DNA from: a virus
Direction: 5' to 3' (one strand)
Virus record (IMG/VR): IMGVR_UViG_3300005393_000308
Length of the DNA stretch: 30,972 bases
In this document: positions 25,670 through 30,972 of the stretch, one piece after another
Layout: each line of letters begins with the position of its first letter
Numbering within the stretch: the first letter of the stretch is position 1
Notes under the pieces: model-generated
What the model was told of the DNA's origin: nothing
The model's input: the letters and a program-made list of their open reading frames with translations, nothing else
The model's database searches: none
Position numbers and translations under genes: made by a program

Positions 25670-25808
25670 TTGACATACTCCCATGAATAAATTCGCGGGA
25701 TTCTGGTTCATCGAAGGACGCCCGCCGAAGCGGGCCTTACTCCTTCTCCCGCAAGGGTTGATGCCCCAACCCTGAGAATATTTATAGCCGCATTGAGATC
25801 CCGATCAT
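25670..25808 (-). mobile_element. Orphan IS605 tnpB 3' end plus right end (omegaRNA-sized remnant)
   Basis: Translates HDRDLNAAINILRVGASTLAGEGVRPASAGVLR*, followed by GAATCCCGCGAA-TTTA-TTCATGGGAGTATGTCAA ending at 25670; no left end or upstream tnpB seen. Confidence 0.82.
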
Positions 25809-28534
25809 GAAGTAATTGTGCCCAGTATGAGGTGTTTCGGCGGCGCAAAACCTGTTTCTTCCGAGATCTCAACCGTATCAATAACTAGCCGCGCCGGTCG
25901 GTCTGGGTATCTCTCCTCGGCGTCCCAGTAGTCTACCAGTGCCAGGTTGCCCGATACCTTGTGTTTGTTGACCTTCTGCTTGACCAGTTCCTCGGACCAG
26001 TACGGCTTGGATTTGAGCCTTTCGGGTAGGAACACCTTTGCTGCTCCACTAGCCTGCCACGGTTCGCCGTCCCAGTACCCGATATCGAAGTAATGCCTGC
26101 TTTCAGGTTCAATCAAGGCAGCTTGCGGCAATAAGTCTTCTCTGATACCGCCGCCGCGACTCCTGGCATCGTACAGAACGGCATCTTCGGGTTTGCAGTC
26201 GGGAAATACCCCTACCCGCCCGAGGTACAGCCAGTCTTCGTTATCTATCTCCTCTTCGCTGTGGAAGATATAGTCCTGCCAGTTGTAGGCCTCCTCGATG
26301 TGCCATTCTTTATCGTAGTAATAGTAGTCGGCGTAGTAGTATTCCGGCATTTTACCGGCAGGGTCAGGAATGATGTCAGGGTTATGGATTATAATGACGT
26401 TCTGCTCTGTTTCAGACCATGTCCAGTATACCCTGCCGTGGCCGTACGGCACCTCCTCATTGTTGCTACGCCTGTAGACTTTGGTTTTCCTGTCTTTGGC
26501 GGGAGTGTTTTCTAACCGTACGTACCACAGTATCTGCTTTCTCTTTCTGCCTGTTTTGAAGGGAATAAGTCGCTCCTGGTATGTGTACCCTGTATTGCTC
26601 AGCTTGGCGCTTGGCCGTGCGTAAATGTGAAATTCCCGGCCTATGCAGCATGTTCTTTCGGCCGGGTTGAGGTTTAATTCCCTGTATTCGCCTGTATCTG
26701 TATAACCATGGTATTCTGCCCAGTCCACCCTGTATGTGTAGCTGGCTGTCACTGCGCTTTTCGACCCGGCCTGTGTGTTTATCTTGGCCAGCCCGCTGGT
26801 TAGGTCGTACCACTCTACTTCTGTGGGCTTGTCGTCAATGAAAACTGCCAGCCCGGCGGGTTGACCGTTTACTGTCATACCGGTTATAAGCGGACTGTGC
26901 CTAAACTTGATTAGGCCACCATCAAACACTCCTACGGATATGTTGTTTACGGTCTTAACTATAGGTTCTTCGGCCAGCTCGTAGAGCAGCGCAGTGTTTC
27001 CATCTACAATACGCACCATCCGGCCGCGTTTGACGCGTACGTACCACGGTGTACTTAGCTCCTGCTCGGGGACATCGATCTGCAGGGATACGTTTTTGGT
27101 CAGTTTTACTCCATACAGGTGTACGAAACAGCCAGGCCTGTACACTTCTCTAATTTTCGCCACTACCTGCCCTTCCTGTTTTACCCTGCTCCACTTTACC
27201 GCCAATTCCCCATTGGGCCCGAAACATTCTTGCCCTCCCACGTAAAGCTGGATATCAATACCCACCGGGCGGTTGGCAAGCTCAATCTCCAATACCGCAT
27301 CTTCAGGTATACCTGGGAAATCCTCGGGCCTTATGGTTATCTCCCTGCTGTCAAACCCATAACTGCCTTCGATATCATAGATACGCCATTTTACTGGCCT
27401 ATCATTTATAGTTACAGTAGCAACTACTCTTACGTCTCTTTTAATATCCTTGAATCCTAGGTTTGCCAGTGATTCCTTAGTATACTCAATATACCTCCAC
27501 TTTCTGCCCTTCTGTTGGACTATGGCCGGCGGCTGGCCAGTGTTGACCTCGGTATATGCGTAGGGAACGCTTTCACCATCCGGCCGGCAACTCACCTGCA
27601 CATACTTGTTGTTAGAGAGAACGCTATACCTTATGACTGTGTCCGGATCTGAAAGCACCTCCTTGCCGATGAGCGGCGCCATGATGTCGTTGACCTTTCT
27701 ATTGTCCAGTATCTTGCGGCCGTTGTTATATATAGATTCGTCTATATACGTAAGGCAGGCGGGGTTAAGGACTGTTTCCGCCTGCCATGGTGTTTGGTAG
27801 ACTATCTTCTCGCCATTACTCTTTGTTGCCTCTGCCACTATCGAGTAGCGGAATGCTACAGGATGCCTGGTGTCATGGATTATGCTGTCATTCACCGCAA
27901 TCCTGATGCTGCTCGGGGTGCCGGCTCTGCTGACTGTATATGTAAGACCCGCCAAACCCGGCACCTCGCTGGCCGATAGCATACCAACAGGTTGTGGGTA
28001 CAGCGCTTCTGTGTAATTTGGGATTACCCTTTTCCTTCCGCGCCTGTCGGTGATTTCTGCGGTATAACTGACTATATACTCGTCATCGTGCAGAAAGTTA
28101 GTGTACACATATACCCTAAACAGCTTGCCGTCATTCTGTATGTCAACCAGGTACTTGTTTTCCTGCGGCCATTCCCCGCCGCCGGCAAGCGATACTGTTA
28201 CGCCTGCCGGGTCGGGGTTGGGCGTGGGCAGATGGGAGACGTGGAGATAGAAAAGAGGCTTGTCTTCGCTGAACACATCCGTCACGTTTGCCCATATTGC
28301 CTCATGTTCTCTGTTCCACTGGTAATCGCACAGAATTCCAGCCGGGGAGGGAAACATCTCCACAATTTCTTCCGCTTCCTGGCTGTCGTCAAACATACTG
28401 TCACAGGTAACCACAGAACTTGAGGTTATATGAGGCAGCTTATAGTAGGCCAGCAGGATATCACCCGGCTCTTTCTTTTGTTTAATTGCCAACTCCAATG
28501 CTGGTATTGAGCTATGCGGTCTGGTAGCCTGCAT
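25805..28534 (-). CDS. Large putative virion structural protein
   Basis: 909-aa ORF with RBS GGAGG, within the structural cluster; no family recognised. Confidence 0.6.
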   Translation of the reverse strand: MQATRPHSSIPALELAIKQKKEPGDILLAYYKLPHITSSSVVTCDSMFDDSQEAEEIVEMFPSPAGILCDYQWNREHEAIWANVTDVFSEDKPLFYLHVSHLPTPNPDPAGVTVSLAGGGEWPQENKYLVDIQNDGKLFRVYVYTNFLHDDEYIVSYTAEITDRRGRKRVIPNYTEALYPQPVGMLSASEVPGLAGLTYTVSRAGTPSSIRIAVNDSIIHDTRHPVAFRYSIVAEATKSNGEKIVYQTPWQAETVLNPACLTYIDESIYNNGRKILDNRKVNDIMAPLIGKEVLSDPDTVIRYSVLSNNKYVQVSCRPDGESVPYAYTEVNTGQPPAIVQQKGRKWRYIEYTKESLANLGFKDIKRDVRVVATVTINDRPVKWRIYDIEGSYGFDSREITIRPEDFPGIPEDAVLEIELANRPVGIDIQLYVGGQECFGPNGELAVKWSRVKQEGQVVAKIREVYRPGCFVHLYGVKLTKNVSLQIDVPEQELSTPWYVRVKRGRMVRIVDGNTALLYELAEEPIVKTVNNISVGVFDGGLIKFRHSPLITGMTVNGQPAGLAVFIDDKPTEVEWYDLTSGLAKINTQAGSKSAVTASYTYRVDWAEYHGYTDTGEYRELNLNPAERTCCIGREFHIYARPSAKLSNTGYTYQERLIPFKTGRKRKQILWYVRLENTPAKDRKTKVYRRSNNEEVPYGHGRVYWTWSETEQNVIIIHNPDIIPDPAGKMPEYYYADYYYYDKEWHIEEAYNWQDYIFHSEEEIDNEDWLYLGRVGVFPDCKPEDAVLYDARSRGGGIREDLLPQAALIEPESRHYFDIGYWDGEPWQASGAAKVFLPERLKSKPYWSEELVKQKVNKHKVSGNLALVDYWDAEERYPDRPARLVIDTVEISEETGFAPPKHLILGTITS

Positions 28535-28551
28535 GTTACCAGCCCTCCAGG

Positions 28552-30972
28552 TTACAGATTTCTACCTTTATTGCTGTAGTTTTCGCAGCTAGTGACCTCC
28601 TGGTTGTTTGTGGTTACTTTGGCCAGTAATGCTCTTGTCCTCGTGCTTGGCCGCATTATCGAGTCTATAGTAAACTGTTGCCCATTTTCGTCGTGTTCAA
28701 GATATACATACATCGTACTGTTTGCTGGTAATTCAATTTTCTTTGTCTGTGAGATATAGTACCAGTCACCCACCCAGCACGGTACGCCGGGCGGTACGAA
28801 ACAGTACAAACCCGAAGACGGCATTACTGGCAGCATTATACTTAAACTACTGCTCCATGTGGTGCCGTCTGTAGAACTTCTGTAGACGATACCCTGGGCT
28901 TCTGCCCAGGAACCTAGCATATACGCCGTTCCCTGAACTTCATATACTGTACAATATGAGCTTCCCATTACAGTTGTCCTGCTTTCATAAGTTATTCCAT
29001 CTGTCTCTAGCACTGCTGCTACGACATGCGCCCAACTAGTAAAATAATGCCATATCGCAAGCAGTATCTTGCCGCTGCTGAGTACACATGCGCCTCTGAC
29101 AAATATATGCTTCAGATGTGCCGTCGTGCCGCTGTAGCCGGTCACAACAGTGTTGTCCAGTATTGGATTACCGTTGTTCAGCAGTGTGAAGTTTAGACCG
29201 TCTGCGCTGCTTGCCGCATAGACCTTGTATATGTTATCGCTTTTATCCCTGGCACTGAAGTACATCATATAGCCAGAGGCAGTCTGGACTACTGCAACAG
29301 AACTGTCATATCCATTCCCATACTGCGGATCTATATATGACGTAAAAGGTGGCCCGTCGTATGCAGATCCGGCTGGTACTCTGTACCCGCTCTCGCGCGT
29401 CCACAGACCGCAGTCAGATGACCAGTAGCTGCCGCCATCCCGGGTATACATGCGGTATCCTCCTGTTACCCGTATAATAGAAGTACTATGTGTACCAATA
29501 TATATATCGGGCGGTGCCTCCCCAGGTGTGCTAGGGTTGGTCAACGTGAGCGCCCTGTCTTCGACTATCCATGTGCCGGGCAATCCTGTCTGGCTTGTTG
29601 CCCTTAGCGCGCTATAACCATGCCTGGTGCTTTGGCCGAGGAAATACATTAGATAGGTGTTGTCATGTTTTTTCACTACAGTTGGTCCTGCCACGCTTAT
29701 ATGATAGTATGACCCGCCGTCTGGAGTAAGCATTATTTTGCCACTGGACACGGTATCTATAGGCAACGGGAATTGGCTGCTGTCATATATATATATTTTG
29801 ACACGGCTTGTTTCATCTTCTATTAGAAAGAAGTATGTCTTCCCGCTCTCTATGAACGATCTGGCGCCACTGTACCAGTACCATCTTTTTGAACTCAATT
29901 CAGGCGGCCATTCGACAAATGTAAAGCTTGTGCCGGTATCAGAGTAGGCGAAGTGGCGCTCAGCGTGGTCTACGCCATTGCTATCTCTGTAATATATAAC
30001 TGCATGAAGGCCATAGCGCGTTGGTGATATTTTGAAATAGTTAGTCCATATCATTCCCTTGCCATGTGCCCGATAGAAATAAGGCGTAAATGATGAATCC
30101 TTGGTATAGTATGTTTGTGCATTTGAAGCATTGGCAACCGTGGTGTAACTGCTTGTATCCCAGGTAAGTCCGTCACTGCTGGTGAACCTCTTATCAAGGG
30201 CGAAAGCGACCCAGGTACTTTCTTCTCTGAATACCTGTCCGTATCCAATGCCGTTTCCTGTGGCGATTGGGTTTCCGCTGTTGTACCAGTTCCAGTTGCG
30301 CGCATCGCTGCTGGTGGCGCAGTAAAGCCCATTGTCGCCGATGATTTCACCATTTGAACCCGTCTTTAAACTACACAAGTATAACCTGTATGTCCCGTCA
30401 TCTAATTTAAACACAGAAGATGGTATCAGGTGCAAAGAACTGTCGCTGTGTTGAAGAAACGGGGCCGTCTCAGGTATCCAGGTTGAGTTGTAGTCGAGTT
30501 TTTCAGTCCAGGCTATAAACGGCCTGTGCGTCCCACTGTCGCTGCCGCCGAAGAAGATTAGATATCCCCCTTGCGGGTCGGGTAGTGCAGCTAGACCAGA
30601 GATATTGAAGGCAAACTCAAATGTACCAGAGATGTGCATCTCTCCGGTCCCGTCCACATTTATGAAGGGATTGTTGGGAAGCGGCAGGAAGTGTTTGCTG
30701 TTTTCCACTTCGGCGGACCATTCGGTTTTTTCCTGGTCAATTGCTGTGGCCAGGTCATTCTTTGTGGCGAATTTGTTATCTGATTCTGTCTTAGTGTAAA
30801 TATCGGTTTTCAGAGGGTATCGGTAATCCGATTCCGTCTTGGTATAGACATCGGTTTTAGTGTATACGTTAGTCTTTAGTGGATATCTATTGTCTGATTC
30901 CGTCTTGGTATAGACATCGGTCTTTAAGGGGTATAGATTATCCGATTCGCTTTTGGTATATACGTTAGTCTT
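28552..30972 (-). CDS. Tail fibre/receptor-binding protein with YTKxExD repeats and Asp-box beta-propeller(s); 5'-truncated
   Basis: The frame stays open from 30708 to the window end (KTNVYTKSESDNLYPLKTDVYTKTESD...). Asp-box-like SSDARNW, SSDGLTW, SADGLNF and STDGTTW; GPTVVK...YLMYF blades resemble GH43/GH32 propellers. Confidence 0.72.
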   Translation of the reverse strand, partial: KTNVYTKSESDNLYPLKTDVYTKTESDNRYPLKTNVYTKTDVYTKTESDYRYPLKTDIYTKTESDNKFATKNDLATAIDQEKTEWSAEVENSKHFLPLPNNPFINVDGTGEMHISGTFEFAFNISGLAALPDPQGGYLIFFGGSDSGTHRPFIAWTEKLDYNSTWIPETAPFLQHSDSSLHLIPSSVFKLDDGTYRLYLCSLKTGSNGEIIGDNGLYCATSSDARNWNWYNSGNPIATGNGIGYGQVFREESTWVAFALDKRFTSSDGLTWDTSSYTTVANASNAQTYYTKDSSFTPYFYRAHGKGMIWTNYFKISPTRYGLHAVIYYRDSNGVDHAERHFAYSDTGTSFTFVEWPPELSSKRWYWYSGARSFIESGKTYFFLIEDETSRVKIYIYDSSQFPLPIDTVSSGKIMLTPDGGSYYHISVAGPTVVKKHDNTYLMYFLGQSTRHGYSALRATSQTGLPGTWIVEDRALTLTNPSTPGEAPPDIYIGTHSTSIIRVTGGYRMYTRDGGSYWSSDCGLWTRESGYRVPAGSAYDGPPFTSYIDPQYGNGYDSSVAVVQTASGYMMYFSARDKSDNIYKVYAASSADGLNFTLLNNGNPILDNTVVTGYSGTTAHLKHIFVRGACVLSSGKILLAIWHYFTSWAHVVAAVLETDGITYESRTTVMGSSYCTVYEVQGTAYMLGSWAEAQGIVYRSSTDGTTWSSSLSIMLPVMPSSGLYCFVPPGVPCWVGDWYYISQTKKIELPANSTMYVYLEHDENGQQFTIDSIMRPSTRTRALLAKVTTNNQEVTSCENYSNKGRNL
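30772..30972 (-). repeat. Coding tandem repeat with a ~48-bp unit (KTDVYTKTESDNRYPL)
   Basis: Four near-complete 16-aa units plus one extra 6-aa KTNVYT insert; continues past the window edge. Confidence 0.85.

Larger units (their letters stand above)
2968..30972 (-). mobile_element. Large prophage integrated at tRNA-Gly(TCC); continues beyond the window
   Basis: att-like tRNA fragment; co-oriented, tightly packed genes; primase, helicase, RuvC, RecJ and sigma module; fibre-like structural genes. No integrase, capsid or terminase in this window. Confidence 0.85.

Noticed and set aside
25643-25711. N-terminal extension of the FN3 protein in the ORF track
   Set aside because: It lies in the IS right end; the strong RBS precedes ATG 25642.
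179-30799. Numerous plus-strand ORFs in the track
   Set aside because: They are antisense shadows of well-supported minus-strand genes, with no recognisable motifs.
30772-30972. CRISPR array or replication iterons
   Set aside because: No unique spacers; variation is largely synonymous within an open frame, so this is a protein repeat.

Overview
The window spans a host-prophage junction, probably in a Bacillota (Clostridia-type) genome. Host part (1-2967): the 3' part of tRNA-Leu(CAA) and a convergent PAS-GGDEF-HD-GYP c-di-GMP gene. At 2968-3017 a 50-bp 3'-only tRNA-Gly(TCC) fragment marks an att site. The rest is a large prophage with all genes on the minus strand. Its replication/recombination block has an AEP primase, DnaB-like helicase, Cas4/RecB-like protein, RuvC, a sigma factor and RecJ, driven by a near-consensus sigmaA promoter. 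Its upstream block holds putative tail/baseplate proteins and ends in a YTKxExD-repeat beta-propeller fibre cut by the window edge. The main hidden signal is four IS200/IS605 (OMEGA)-derived elements, none with an intact RNA-guided nuclease or tnpA. (1) 3699-4770: a tnpB element whose core is replaced by a LAGLIDADG endonuclease fused in frame to the TnpB N-terminus. (2) 8511-9507: an isrB-type element whose nuclease and most of its omegaRNA are replaced by an HNH gene; it splits a phage gene that precise excision restores. (3) 21822-22003: a 182-bp IscB-type omegaRNA miniature element. (4) ~25670-25808: an orphan tnpB 3' end/right end. Elements 1 and 2 suggest independent swaps of an RNA-guided nuclease for a homing-endonuclease-type gene. 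All family assignments come from motif recognition by eye; no searches were run.
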